Of a DNA stretch of 63,984 bases, positions 49,956-63,984 are shown in pieces. The stretch is from Octopus bimaculoides (taxonomy: Eukaryota), in the NCBI RefSeq assembly GCF_001194135.2, contig NC_068981.1, positions 104,975,303-105,039,286 on the forward strand, read 5' to 3'. A model generated the notes under the pieces. It made no database searches. It was given only the letters and a program-made list of their open reading frames with translations, and was not told the origin of the DNA. The stretch's first letter is position 1. Each line of letters starts with the position of its first letter. Made by a program: the position numbers and the translations under genes.

Positions 49956-50415
49956 NNNNNNNNNNNNNNNNNNNNNNNNNNNNNNNNNNNNNNNNNNNNN
50001 NNNNNNNNNNNNNNNNNNNNNNNNNNNNNNNNNNNNNNNNNNNNNNNNNNNNNNNNNNNNNNNNNNNNNNNNNNNNNNNNNNNNNNNNNNNNNNNNNNNN
50101 NNNNNNNNNNNNNNNNNNNNNNNNNNNNNNNNNNNNNNNNNNNNNNNNNNNNNNNNNNNNNNNNNNNNNNNNNNNNNNNNNNNNNNNNNNNNNNNNNNNN
50201 NNNNNNNNNNNNNNNNNNNNNNNNNNNNNNNNNNNNNNNNNNNNNNNNNNNNNNNNNNNNNNNNNNNNNNNNNNNNNNNNNNNNNNNNNNNNNNNNNNNN
50301 NNNNNNNNNNNNNNNNNNNNNNNNNNNNNNNNNNNNNNNNNNNNNNNNNNNNNNNNNNNNNNNNNNNNNNNNNNNNNNNNNNNNNNNNNNNNNNNNNNNN
50401 NNNNNNNNNNNNNNN

Positions 50416-50470
<55 letters not shown>

Positions 50471-50899
50471 CCATTTGTTCACAGTTGATAATTCACTCCG
50501 TTTCTACTACTCCGAGCTTGTCGTCTTTGTATATCCTTTCAAGGGACATTTCTTTGGTGCTGGAACAAACACACAAGAGCGAGGTAATCACAGTAACAAC
50601 GAAACGATAAAGCTCGGAACCAAAAATAAAACTTTGTTACATGTAACGAATATGTTTACACCCGTTTGTACATCCATACTATGCAATCAGTGTATACATA
50701 TGCGAAATTCTCAATAGTAACAGAGAATAATCTTATAATTTTGGTTACAGCAGTGGATTTGAACTCATGGCCCACGGAGAAGCAGTCTTGTGTCTAACGC
50801 ACTCACCCATATCACTTCACACAAACACGTACATAATACATACATACATACATACATACATACATACATACATACATACATACATACATACATACATAC

Positions 50900-50930
<31 letters not shown>

Positions 50931-51559
50931 CATACATACATACATACAGTGTATATACACACATATGTGATCTACATGTAACAAAGATTGCTGTCGTTTG
51001 TTTGAAGTCAATTCTGTTCATGTAGATCTATGATGAAAAGCTTAACTCGTGAAACGTACTTTTTTCTTGTTTCGGTGTAGGAAGGAGGGTTACATTATAT
51101 GCAGGACTACATTATCCAGTGTGTCCATTCTTTTTTAACGACGGTAAATAGTGGTTTGAATGAGGTTTGGCTACCATTTCAAGGGGGCCATGTTGAGCAA
51201 AGATGGAGAAACACTTTAAGTATTAAGAACTATTTTCAACTGTGGGGAAACACATCTGCACTTAAAAGAATAATCAATCTTTCATTTTACATATTCATAG
51301 ATATCTAACATAAAGTTACTGTGCTGATCTGAATGTTGAAACTTTTTTTTTTGTAATACAGGGATTTAAAAGAACTTAAACGTGGTTTCATATTGAAATG
51401 CGAGTGAATTTCACTCGTGAGTGACAGGTTACATGCCTGTAATGTAGAAGCTTCACCATTCAGCTGGGGAGTGTTGTTCACAGTTGTGACAGACGGCATC
51501 TAGATAAAACTAACGAGTGTCTCATTGAATTTCAGTGCTGAGCTCAAAACTTGCTTAAG

Positions 51560-51830
51560 ATAATCCTTTTCATCAGAGTTGATAGAGATTCTTGATCAGA
51601 ACTGATATGATCTCGATCATGTTTTATAGAACCAGTTGATCTAGGCAGGAAGAGCCCCTTAATCTAAACTAAGAGCGACCAGATAAAGAAGCTAATGATG
51701 CATCTTTATCCGCGCTGAATGAAAATCCTTGATATGGACTGATAGAGTCTCTTTATTTGGACTAATAACACCTCTTCATCCGAGCTGATAGAGCCTCTTA
51801 AACCAGAGCGTCTTCATCTGGGTTGTTCAG
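51560..51830. repeat. Degenerate tandem repeat (CTTCATCCGAGCTGATAGAGCCTCTT-like units)
   Basis: Motif recurs about 4-6 times with decay. Confidence 0.55.
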
Positions 51831-52085
51831 ACACACACATAATCCCACTTGACATAGCTGCTTGGTCAGAGTTGACGTGGAGTTAAACATCATAAAAATC
51901 AATTATTCAGTGGTCGCTCTGTGACATCGTTATCATCAGGTTCCCCATACGGTGTTTAAAAATTTCTTAGAAACAGTGTAACAGGCTAAAATCTCAATGC
52001 ATTATTGTGGAGAATGTGTTAGTAGCAAAACCTGATATATGCGAGTGTTTATGTACGTATATTTGTTATGCATATTTGTGTGTAC

Positions 52086-52142
<57 letters not shown>

Positions 52143-54191
52143 CAACAAACACACACATGCACACGCACGCACGCACGCACATACATACACAAATACGCGC
52201 ATATGCAAACACCCGAACAGAAATATATGTACACGCATGCTTAACATTTTACTTCATGTTATCTCCTTTTTTCATATAAAAATAAATAAACAAATAAATA
52301 AAGAGATAAAGGTATCATGGTATTTCGTTAGGGCCTATATTTCCCGCCTTTAAGGTTATTTCATGCCAGCATACACTTAGAGAAATTAAATCTAAATCAC
52401 ACGTTTCCGTTAACAATTTTGCCTGAAGAAAGCTAAGCACTATAACGATTTTCGATTCGAACATCATGAAATAGAATGCTAAAGTAGAGATACGTTGAAA
52501 AATAGCTGTTTATCTATAAGATTGTTAAGTAATCAAACTCGTTATCAATCTATGCTGCTGAATACTATAATAACAATGGAAATAACCGAATAGCGTCCAA
52601 TATTCAGAAGTAGGACTACGTGTTAAAACGTTTTCTAACTGTTTCATTTATCTGATTGGTGTTAATATTAATGACGAAGTAACTCTGGCTAACGTGTGAG
52701 TACAATGGCGTATGCTTCTGGTCTCACTCCATATACCTGTTGCTAATTAAACCTTTGAAAAACAGGTGTGAACGTCACACGTTTTTCCTTTCATTCTTAT
52801 AAGATATATGAAAGTGTGTGGTGTTCAAGTTGTTCGTGTCTTAACTGATTCCTTTATCGCTTTCATGTCACCAAGATGAACACTATACTAATACGAGCGT
52901 GAGAGAATCCATGTGGTCGATAGACCTTGTAGAAATATCAGTAGAATCTCTTCTAATGACACCTAATTGTCTGGAAAAAGAAAACATTACATTAGATAAT
53001 ATAGTTTCACATACCTCTAAAAAGACAGGATGCTCATGATTAGGATGCCTTTTATCACAGATTGTTTCTATCAGTATTAACCTAGGACTTAACAGCAACA
53101 GCAACATAACCAAAACAAAAATATCCTAGAATATATTTAATTACTGTTGTCGCTGTCAAAATGGCTGCAATTCATCTAGTCTAGAAGTGTTGCTATCGCT
53201 ACAGCAGCTGTTGTTGTTGCTTGTTGTTGCTTGTTGTTGCTTGTTGTTGTTGCTGCTGTTGTTGTTGTTGTTGTTGTTACTGCTGCTGGTGCTGCTATTC
53301 AGCTCTAATTTAACAAACATATAACAAACTATATCATTCAACGTGTCTTTTTTTTTATGACGTTATAGGTTCGATTTGAGGAAATTTGATTGCTATTACT
53401 AGCCGATCAAGCAATCATGATCAGGCTCCTCCGTTAACTTGATGGGAGCGGTATGAGGGCATCTATTTCTAAAGGAGCTTAGAGTTTATTGTTCTCTGAA
53501 ATTGTTTTTGTTATTATTATTTATAGTGTGAATACTAACATTTAGAACGTGCAGGGGCGTAGAGCTCGGTGTATGAGGGATGAGGTGTCAAGCGAAGGAG
53601 GGAAATGACTCGGATAATGTTTGGGTATTACGTAGCTTTTCTACAGGAACTGACCTTGTACTTAAAAGAAATCTCTATGATTATGTAGTCCTTAGAATGG
53701 ATAGTCAAGAACAAATTGAGACAACAGTGACTTTCTAAGCAGGTAAATGCGGTTTTCTAAAAGAAATACAATATTCGAAGGGGGAAATAATTTTGCTGAA
53801 ATATACTTCTGTTGATTTAATTTCATTTAAAGCCTCTTTTTCACCAATTGTGAATCTTAGAAACGTATGATTATATTGCTTTATACAGGTTTGTAATTAT
53901 TTGCTTAAAGCAATTAAAATTGCGTCTAAAACAGAGATTCGAAGAACTGTGTTTATTCCAAAACTACTGTTTTACATTTTGTTAAAGCTTTTATAACAAA
54001 TTATAGTTAATGAAATAAAAGGTTTAGCAGTATAAATATTTTCTTTTGAAAGGCAGCCTCGTCAGGTGGTAATTAATTTCAATGTAACTTCCCAACATAA
54101 AAAGAACCCTTACTTTTTACAAAAACAAAATGGAGCCGATGTGGTTGCTTTATACAATTCAAATTCGTAACGTATAGTAATGTCATAATTG

Positions 54192-54225
<34 letters not shown>

Positions 54226-55389
54226 TCCGCTGTACTCCCTCGTGTCATAATAAAAAAAGGATTTCATTCCTTTTTGAAAAATATCATTATTGAGCTTAAG
54301 TGAGAGCCTGAGAGGGCCTCGCATAGTCGATTAAACAACTTGGAATAACTGCAAAATCTCTGAGACCACACTCAACCGCTTTAAAAGCAAATAACACATT
54401 AAATAATGTACACTTTGTCTGAAATAGTATGCTCCATGTTTGATAATAGTCAGGATGGTCGTGGCTGGACTGCCTTTGATCTATTGGATAGGGCCACCAC
54501 GGGGTTGAAAACATCACATCAGTGTCATAATAAGTTACAATTACCTGACTGCAATCTGTCAATTCACAGAAGACTAATTAAACAAGATACTTTCGTATAT
54601 AAACTTTACTTCATTTGTAATTCACTGAAAGAGAAGCTGAGGTATCGACGATGAGAATTTAGTTATTCGAGCAAGTGACTTACTATACGTTACTGTAACG
54701 TATAACACTGCATACCTTTAATTCTCGGGCCGTATCTGCGTGACACAATATGACAAGGTTTAATTACAAGCACAGAGAGAGTGAGAAAAGGGAGAGAGAA
54801 TGGGAGAGAGAGAGGGGGAGAAGTATAGATCTTTGTTCTGGCACTTCATTAATTCCAAAAGATATTTGGCAATGGTAATCTTAGCGAAATCTGAACTCAG
54901 AACATAGAGAACCAACAGCAATACTGTTCTAGACAGACTTTTTACCCAACCATCTAATGATTCTACCATATGCCTTCCTCACTAAAACAATAAAGTTTCG
55001 AATAACAGATAAGCTGAATGATAGACGATAAATACTAAAAGAAAATATAAAATGTGTAAATTTCTTAGTGACGTTGGTAAGAAGACTGAAAATATCAATT
55101 TAAAAACACATTTTTACATTCATAAATTAAACAGATATAGAGAGAGAAGACATACGAAAGAATAAAACGTGGCAGTAACATATGCCACTCACTTTCTATC
55201 GTCTTTTTTATGTTTCCTCATTTACACAATATCTCTCCTTTCCCTAGATTTCTTCTTGTAAACAATAACTGTGTTTAAACATGAAACTTAGAAAGAAATG
55301 TTTTTCTTCTTTCAATTTACTACACATACAGACATACTAGACGGCATCTAAAGAAAAACCACTCGACAATTTGGCATAAATTCGGTCAC

Positions 55390-55720
55390 TAGCACAGTCC
55401 AATTTCTGGCACACAAAAGCGTTGTCTCCCCCCACACTTCTTTTTTTTGTACTGCTACGAAACTTGCCTCTACTCCTCAGAACTGGCTAGCCTCGTATCA
55501 TTTCTGCTCAAGTACTCCTTGCTCAGTCGTCTCTACTCGCCCCGTCGCCCATACCGTGTCCATTCCAGTCGACACAGAATGGGCGACATATCCGCCCCCT
55601 AAGCACTACACACAGTTCTTCTTCCTCAGAAGGTAAACCTTCTAGCATTTTCTTCCAGCCCTGTAAACTTACAACTGTTCAAGAGCAACATTAATCGTCT
55701 CAGATTCATCTGTCTCTGCA
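55390..55720 (+). mobile_element. CR1/L2-type LINE 3' end fragment
   Basis: HYTQFFFLR...NLQLFKSNINRL, typical of CR1/L2 ORF2 ends. Confidence 0.65.
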
Positions 55721-56710
55721 AATCCAAGAAGATGGTTGTTTTGATAAAAGCAAATATCCCTCAAGAGATATTTACTCTTACTCAGTAATGATTTTTATGG
55801 CATTACAAATAAAGCTTTCATATTTTCTAACAGCTGCTGATTTGAAGATGATATGCTCAACTCGTAATGCAGTAACCTTTTATCAAGGCAACTCCACCTT
55901 TAACCTATAGTGCATGTCAATTTTTACCCTACTTTTCTGAACTACTAAGAACTCAAGCCAATAGGGAGCTTCTACGTGGTCACACATCCTACTAGAAGTT
56001 GCAGCCAAATTTCCTTCAAATTACACCATACTGTCTTAAAAGGAAAGGACACGTTAGATAAAAACAGTCTCGGGTATATATTGTCTGGTAAAAGACAAAA
56101 TGTTCACAATTCAAAACACCTTTCATCGTAATCTATCCAATCTGGATCTAAACTGCAACTACAACATTCAAAACAAACTGAGAATAACTGCGAAATAAAA
56201 TGTTCTCCTAATGCGCAAGTATAAATTTCGGTTGATAAACGAAAACATTTTGTCTATGCTGCCAGTGGAAACCTGCTCCTAGTAACCATGTAATCCACTA
56301 CAGCATGCCCATGGTGAAGTGGTCGGTGACTAAATCAGCTCCTACAGAGCTTGCTCAATAACGAGTAAGTATGGGCATCCATCAGGATTTTAAAAAGTAA
56401 AACTAGCAAAGGTTCATGAGATCCTGAAAGAGTCACTGTCACCCATATCCAGGGGCAAAGACAGGCTTCACCTAGATCATTTCGTTCTTAAAAAGACTTC
56501 AATGGAAGTTATAGTAAAATTAAATTTTATACTACACCTATCGGAGCCGAGGTTAATAAAGAAAGCCCACGACCGAGAATGAATGGAAACGATTGGTAAC
56601 AAAAATAGCAATTTAGATGTCCTCATGGCAGAAATGCTATGGAATTGACAAAGTATGCAGATGGAGACCTGTTCTGTTGATTAAATAAAACTTTTCTCTC
56701 TCTCTCTCTC

Positions 56711-56776
<66 letters not shown>

Positions 56777-57439
56777 ACCCCTTTCAGTCATAAATGACTA
56801 AGGCTGCAAAGGGTTGTTGGGCTAGATATGACCGGTTTAAATGTTGAATGATTTATTGTACAGCTAGCATCCGTAAACAACAGAAATATAACAACATAAT
56901 AGAGTTGTGTCCAAATACTTTGTGGATGTGGACACAGCAGGGATACTCCAATGTATCCTTGCTTTCATCATTGGTCTCTATCCATGGATAAGGATAAATC
57001 GCAAGAGAAGATTGATCAGTACTGAAAGCTCAACATTTATCATGGGCCACCCCTGCCGAAGACAACGAATACATCACGACATGAATAATTAGTGCAAATC
57101 TAATAGTTGACTCCTATAGTTTATAAATTTACGTATTCACATAAATTCATTATTTGGGCTTCGGGAAATCATTCTTGTTTAAATATTTTGCTTTACTACT
57201 TGGACATATTTTGACTGGCGTAAAAATCAATATTTACAAATGAGAAACCACAGAAATGGCAGAAACTATGCTGAAGTAATTACTTTTCCCTATTTTGAAT
57301 CGTCTCTCCTCTATTCTTTTACAGTGAACTTCCTTCTTGTATAAAATTACTTTTTAGCAAGTATTGATATAAGTTTTGACTTATTTACTATGTTCGATAA
57401 ATAACGGTTCTCGCAATGAAACATCGAATTTGGTAGAAA

Positions 57440-57965
57440 TAAACAAGTATCAGATTACATGTCTTACACAGTATTTTATGTTCGGACTTTACTGAAGTCA
57501 ATTTTGCTTTCGTCCCTCTATAAATATATCTTATTATACAAAGGTATTTGTGGGGTAAACCGTTAAACACACCGGACAAAATTATTAGTGGCATTTCGTC
57601 CGTCTTTACGTTTTGAGTTCAAATTCCGTCAACGCCGGCTTTGCCTTTCATCCTTTCGGGTACTGGAGTCAATGTAATCGACTAGCACCCTCCCACAAAA
57701 TACAGGCCTTGTGCCTTTAGTAGAAAGGATTATGTAAATATGTCTTTTAAGGCAGTGAAATGGCAGAACCATTAAGCATGCCAGACAAAATGTTTAGAGG
57801 TATTTCATCTGTCTTTACAGTCTGGGTTCAAATTCTGTCGAAGTCGACTTTGTCTTTCATTCTTTTGGGGTCGATAACATAAGTATTAGTCAAGTTCTGG
57901 GGTCGATGTAATCGATTAGCCTACTCCCATTAAAAACAGCTGACCATGTGCCAGAATTTGAAACC
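57440..57965. mobile_element. Cluster of three SINE family B copies (one -, two +)
   Basis: GTTTTGAGTTCAAATTCCGTC..CGGCTTTGCCTTTCATCC and related blocks. Confidence 0.85.
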
Positions 57966-58639
57966 AATGTATAAATCTTGTGTGTGCGTGTGTGTACTAA
58001 GTTCATTTTAATTCACTACACTTTAAATGTCTACAACAAACTTATGGCTTTGTATTCTTTGTTAGGAAAACCCCTACAAAGGGAAAGGTTATAGCTAACT
58101 GGATTGACTTTAATGTTTTTACTTGATTTAGAAAAAAAAACATGAAAGACAAACTCAATACTGTCGTGATTTAAACTCGTTGCTGGCACGAGACTTAATA
58201 CGGCAAAACATTGTGTCCGGTGCCTTACCAACCGAACAGAAAACAGTAAAATATAGAAATCAAATTTATACAAATGTGAAATATATCCTACCCGAAGTTG
58301 GATACTCATGCTTCTGCATTAATTCGTTACATTTCATCTTGGCTTTGATTAACAGTTCTATTTGTTGATCCTATCAGTAGAAAGGCATAATAATGTCACA
58401 AATCAGAAGAAAATATACTAATTTTATTTCATCATATAAATACATCCATACACACACACACATACATACACACACACATATACACACACACACATTCACA
58501 CACACGCACACACATACAGAGAGACACACACACACACGCACATGCATACACATGCATACATACACAGAGGCGCGCCGACACGCGCTTATACAAAGGCATG
58601 CATAAGTAAACTATATTTATTGGATCACTACGCGTGCTT

Positions 58640-59640
58640 CTCAGGATTTTTTATGGGTTGGTAAAAATAAAGAAAAGTAGTGTCCGTAATCTTTGCAGGT
58701 TCACTATATTGATAAGATGGAAGTGGTTAGTATTGAGCTTTGAACATCTTTTTGTCGATGTCTGTAAAAAAGACATAGAAGTAAAGATTTCCATAGGGTT
58801 GTAGCAAAAGCGTTGGACAAAGTGAGGGACTTGGAATGTGAGAGACAGCATAGCTTTGGGTGAGTAGAGGTACCTACATTTGCTTAGAAGGAGCAGAGAC
58901 AGAAGAAATATAGCATCTGAGAGATAACGGTTATGGTGAATTGGCGAATGAAATATTGAAACATTATTCCTTCTATGAAGTGGAACAACAGTACTTTTCT
59001 ATCTCATTCTCAAGTATGAATGATGTATAAAAACAGATTCTTAAAAGATCTGGAAATTATATTGGTGGTCACAGGGGCAGCAGCTGCTAATTTTTATGTT
59101 TTCATTTCCCAGTATCTGGGGATAGTACACACAGTAGTGTGTTTCGAAACACTGTGATAGATTCTTGTACAGTGAGAAATATTGAAGAGTTCGTAAGGAT
59201 CAGAGTTAACACTTGAGTGAAGTGACTGAAGGTAATGGGAGGGATTTTGTCTGTTTCTTGTTAGGCTAGAATGAGAGATGAGGTTGCACTTAGCAAATAT
59301 GCTTACGTGAAGGTAAGAAAAGAAGACTAGAGAAGGGGACTTTAATTGAGTGCAGCGTTTGATGATTAACCAAACGGTCAACATAATGTAGAAGCCTTCC
59401 TACCGGAATTTTGGTAGTGAGTTCTCTTAGTTAAGAAATAGCAGTTGGAATGATTCTGAAGCTTTCGTAGAGACCCTCTTAGAAAGGAACCAAATGGAAT
59501 GTCTGAAAATTAGAAAGCGGGTGAACTTTCAGGCAGTCTGAGTAAAATAGTACACTCTGAGTAAAAAGCTGGGTGGGGGAGGTAATTTTCTCCGGTTGAT
59601 GTAAAAAGTATTTATTACTTGTATGCTGCCATACTGTTGT
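58640..59640 (-). mobile_element. Very decayed LINE-like segment (clade uncertain)
   Basis: Strand-skewed, coding-like composition; no intact motif. Confidence 0.25.
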
Positions 59641-61099
59641 TGCAGCTGAGCTAGTGGAAAAAGCATGCTCAAGTGTATGGCTTCGGTTCGCGCGCAAACC
59701 CACAAACACACACTACATATATGCACACACATTCGTATACACACACACACACACACACACACAAACTCCTTTTATTTTTCATAAAAGTAAATTAGAGAAT
59801 ACAGTACATGCAGTAGAATTTATTTATTTATACAAAGCTGACTATTCACTCTGTCCTTATTTAATGTTTCCGGCACCATTCGCTCCTTCGAGTGACGTTG
59901 AATATAAATGGCGGCCCATACACGTTGGGTTATACATTATCTCCGTTGATCACACAGAATCATGTGGTACTGGTATAAATTACGCTCGGTATATAAATGT
60001 CTAGTTACCGGGCGGTAACTTAGATTACACAATAATAAATTTTGTAACCTGCTAGGTTTCATCACAGATGGGAGAGTACTTTAAATGGATCCAACAGAAT
60101 AATGTTCATATATGAAGTAACACAAAATAGTTTTCAGCTTGGGCATGCTGTAAATGTTTCATAATTTCTGTTTAAAACGTTGCCTAATGTTAAACATTCT
60201 ACTTCTTTGCTATACATGAGTTGTTCCAGTTTGACTCAACTTTTTTCCACAGCGCTTCATTTTATTGGTGTATTGATGATACTTCTGCTTTTAAACTTTC
60301 AGATATATTAAAACACTAATGTGGAGATGATTCTGTCTTTGAATTTGAAGGATTGTATGTGCTGTGTACATCGGATTTTGAAGGTGTTGTTTGCTAACTC
60401 TCTATATATATATATATGTGTGTGTGTGTGATTTCGATACTGTTGTTAGCATTTTCCACGGAGTGCATATCATAGTGCATTGCTGAAGTTGCATGTGGAT
60501 TTCTGGGATGGCGAATGATTTCTGCAGTTTTGTTCTAATAGATTGTGGAGCCTATGGCATGACGACAATATTTTAAATAGTTTTGTATATTATTTCTATT
60601 GAAGATTTTGTGGTAACTTTGTATTACAGAATATCTTTTGCTCCTCCGGTAATTATATGCAAGATAAATTTTCTCATTCTAGGTATAATGTCATTTATTT
60701 ATTTTTTTTTTTAGCATGTCAGTGTGTCTCAAATGGTTTAGCTCAATACAATTTCAAAAATTTAGACATGCCACCTTCGAAAATATCTTATATTTAGATT
60801 TATTTTAAGTACATTATGCGTAAGTTATATTACTCAAACGTTTTGAAGAAACTTGTAATGAAAGGTGATAAGTTGCAAGAGTTATTTACTGCTATGCAAT
60901 ACTAAATATAGATTTTGCTCCCATGTAACCATACAGTTAGTGAGCAAATGTAATCTGCAGCAATACAACCTGATCCGATAATACCCGTGAAATAATGTGC
61001 AACGCATCGTATTTACTCTGCCATTTATGTTTGCCGTGCGATGGATAAATCATCGCTATTTTGTATTTTTAATTTCGTGCATGCGCATTGTTTGTTTTT

Positions 61100-61908
61100 G
61101 ATTTTGTCGACTACACAGTATAGTAAGGTCAATTGGACACCGTCTGTGAGAAAAACAGCACCATGACACAATTCACTCTGCCAGAAATTTGGAAACGACA
61201 TGCTGTACCGTTTGGCATTCGCACCGGAAGCTGCAATATGAACATTTCAGAGTGCTTGGGAATCAATCTGAGAACAGTGAAATCTAACATGTACCGAGAG
61301 TGATAAAAATCAAACATACAGTCACCATCATGGTGTTTGGAGTGATCACTAGTGATGGCGACGTTATGCCTCCATTCATCTTCCCACACGGCCTCAGACA
61401 CAACACGGAGGTCTACATCAAGTGCCTGGATGGGGTAGTACTTCCCCGGATCAACAGGGTAGCTGCTGGAAGACCCTGTGTCTGGCAACAGGACTCTGCA
61501 CCATGCCACACAAGCAGGAGAACCCAGTCATGACTGTCAGACAATTTCTGTGACCACATCACCCCTAACATCTGACCACCTAACTCCCCAGAATACAACC
61601 CCCCTTGTGTGCGGCGCAGTTGAGCGAGAGACCAACAAAACTTCTTGTAACACCAAGATGAACTGAAGGCAAGGATTATGACAGCATTCACTAACTTAAA
61701 CCAGGAGACCGTCCAGAAAAGTTGCAGAAGATTCCGAAGTCGTCTGGAGGTCGTGGTTGAAGTCAATGACAATTTTATTGAATAAATTTACTCTTTAGTA
61801 TTTCAAGATATTCTTATGTAATTATGGTAAATATATCTGTTAAGATGTGATGTCAGTGTTCTTTTCATTTTTGCCTAATTTAGACGACAGTTTATTCACT
61901 GCACCCTG
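61100..61908 (+). mobile_element. maT (DD37D-like) Tc1-mariner element, internally deleted
   Basis: VTIMVFGVITSDG; VWQQDSAPCHTSRRTQ; NI*PPNSP; KDELKARI; right TIR TTCACTGCACCCTG|TA. Confidence 0.88.
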
Positions 61909-62035
61909 TAGGTATGTATGCCATAATTCAGTTTATTTCAAGAATTCTTGCCAATAGAGAAAGAACCGGTTTCTAACTTAGATCCAAGACTCTTTCATTG
62001 GAATTTCAGCATCAACAACAGGGTACTTTTGTTTT

Positions 62036-62039
<4 letters not shown>

Positions 62040-62069
<30 letters not shown>

Positions 62070-63435
62070 TGTATGTATGTATGTATGTATGTATGTATGT
62101 ATGTACAGATTTGTATGCTTTATGTATGTATTCTCATGCATATAGTAGCATATCTAGACATACTCGATATATTTAAATGTCAAACTTCTGGAAAGTTTTA
62201 CAAATTTTTACAGTTCCATTGATGGATTGGTTCTGTAGTCTTAGAATTACCTATTTCCTTTCTGGTTTTGAGAAGCCTAATTTCACAAGATTGGTATTTA
62301 GGCAGTGTGTTACATATCCCAGAGCCCTAATAATTACAGGTATAAACCTGAACGTGTAATCTGGATAGAGTAACTGCAGTTTTCTCAATAGTACATCATA
62401 GGTGTTCTCTTTTTCACTGATCTTCAGCTTTATGTTAACATCTGGTGGGCAGCTAATTTCCACAACTGTGCAGTTTCTCTTTATCCCAAATCATTACATC
62501 AGGTCTGTTGTGCTTACATTTTACTGGTACATTCCACCAGTATTCTTTTTTATCATGAGTGACTATGGCTTCTAACATATTGTGGGTTCTTATTTGTTTG
62601 TCCTCGGGATTATCCTTCCGACGGATTTCATTATAGTGTCCTAGCTATAACATCATGTCTCATCAGTAGATAATACCGTGATGACATTTTCGGACAACTG
62701 CTTATGATGTGTGTGATATCTTCAGTGTAAACTCCACAAAGTCTGCATCGGTTGTCACATTTTACGGTTTTTCCTGCATCTCTATCCCTTTTGTGCATCA
62801 GGTACTTGGTTGATATTTCCTGTTCCTGGATTGCAAACGCATACCCTTCATATTGGGAGGTAGTAATCCGGCTATTGGTCCATGATAAACTGCTTTGATG
62901 ATCGATGTTACTATCATAACGGAGCTTTCTACTGACATATCCATGCATAGTCTTCTGCTCGTATAGGCTCATCTTTTCATCTGATGATACATTGCAGAAT
63001 AGTCGTGCAACTTCTTTGGGCATGTATTCTAGGTTATCAAAGAGTGTTGCTCAAGGAGCTGCCTTCCAAGTCTTATGATGTTACCAGCCTCATGTATGCG
63101 AACTTAATCAAGGGATGCACTTCGACACTTGGTGGTTAGAAGATGTTGCCGAAGGGATATGATGCGACATTCAAAGGCAATTTGGATTGATGTTAAGCCT
63201 CTGACGCCTTGTTTTCGTTTGTGTGGAAATTATGTGTGTTTGTTAATATTTTTCAGGCTTTCACATCAATGGCTCGGATTTCATCAAGCGTCCAATCAAG
63301 CAGCCCAAATGTTGGTATGAGTAGTGGCACTGCAAGCACATTGTGGGCCACTGTTTTATTGAATGCAGAGATTCTGAGGTCCAAATTTTCTTTATCCGGC
63401 TGTAATATTCTTTAGTGACACGTGTTTTGTTACAG
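62040..63435 (-). mobile_element. 5'-truncated R4/Dong-type LINE with restriction-like endonuclease
   Basis: TKEYYSRIKKIW; AIQEQEISTKY; CRLCGVYTEDITHIISSC (C-x2-C-x8-H-x4-C); RHD; HNRPDVMIWD...VEISCP; (TACA)n on both sides. Confidence 0.92.
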
Positions 63436-63500
63436 GTACCATCGTATATATGTATGTATGTATATAGATACATACATACATACATACATANNNNNNNNNN

Positions 63501-63865
63501 TTTTATCTTTTGTTTCAGTCATTTGATTGTGGCCATGCTGAGGATTTTAGTCAAACAAATCGACCCAAGGCTTATATTTTATGCCTAGCACTTATTCTAT
63601 TGATCTTTTTTGCTGAACTTCTATGTTACGGGGACTTAAACACACCAACACCGGTTATCAAGCAGTGGTGGGGTACAAACACAGACACAAAGATACAAGC
63701 GCATAGATATACACATATACATGTGCGATGTTTCCGTCTACCAAATCCGCTAACAAGGGTTTGGTTGGCTCGTGGCTATATTAGAAGACACCCTAGTGCA
63801 ATGCAGTGGAACTGAACCCGGAACCATGTGGTTGGGAAGCAAACATCTTACCACACGGCCATACC
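63501..63865 (-). mobile_element. Full-length SINE family A
   Basis: GGCCGTGTGGTAAG...GGTTCCGGGTTCAGTTCCACTGC head through ACTGAAACAAAAGATAAAA tail. Confidence 0.9.
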
Positions 63866-63905
63866 ACATACATACATACAAACATACATACATACATACA
63901 TACAT

Positions 63906-63937
<32 letters not shown>

Positions 63938-63941
63938 CATG

Positions 63942-63984
<43 letters not shown>

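Noticed and set aside
56907-57092. 61-aa ORF MSKYFVDVDTAG...
   Set aside because: Short, non-ATG start, no motif or splice support.
60001-60023. GTTACCG-GG-CGGTAAC palindrome as a Helitron end
   Set aside because: Spacing to CTAG does not fit and no other Helitron feature is visible.

Overview
AT-rich, microsatellite-saturated animal scaffold with about ten N-gaps. The SINE families and (TA)n/(CA)n/(TACA)n/(TAGA)n load suggest a cephalopod such as Octopus; this is an inference, not a database result. No intact host gene, rRNA, true tRNA or CRISPR array is recognisable, so the window reads as intronic or intergenic DNA built from layered, decayed transposons. These include a Gypsy integrase, a solo LTR with a target-site duplication, an RTE LINE, three R4/Dong-type LINE fragments, CR1/L2-like remnants, three Penelope-like (PLE) remnants, mariner and maT (DD37D-like) transposons, a Charlie/Buster hAT and many tRNA-type SINEs. 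Most ORFs in the supplied track are microsatellite or gap artefacts. The most interesting signals are: hammerhead-ribozyme folds in the PLE remnants, one beside a GIY-YIG remnant the ORF track missed; three long inverted repeats; an R4-type LINE flanked by (TACA)n with a shared 120-bp trailer; and two isolated minus-strand candidate exons, one encoding a signal-peptide-like N-terminus. None of this establishes a new biological system. Element boundaries were read by eye and are approximate unless a TIR or TSD is quoted.
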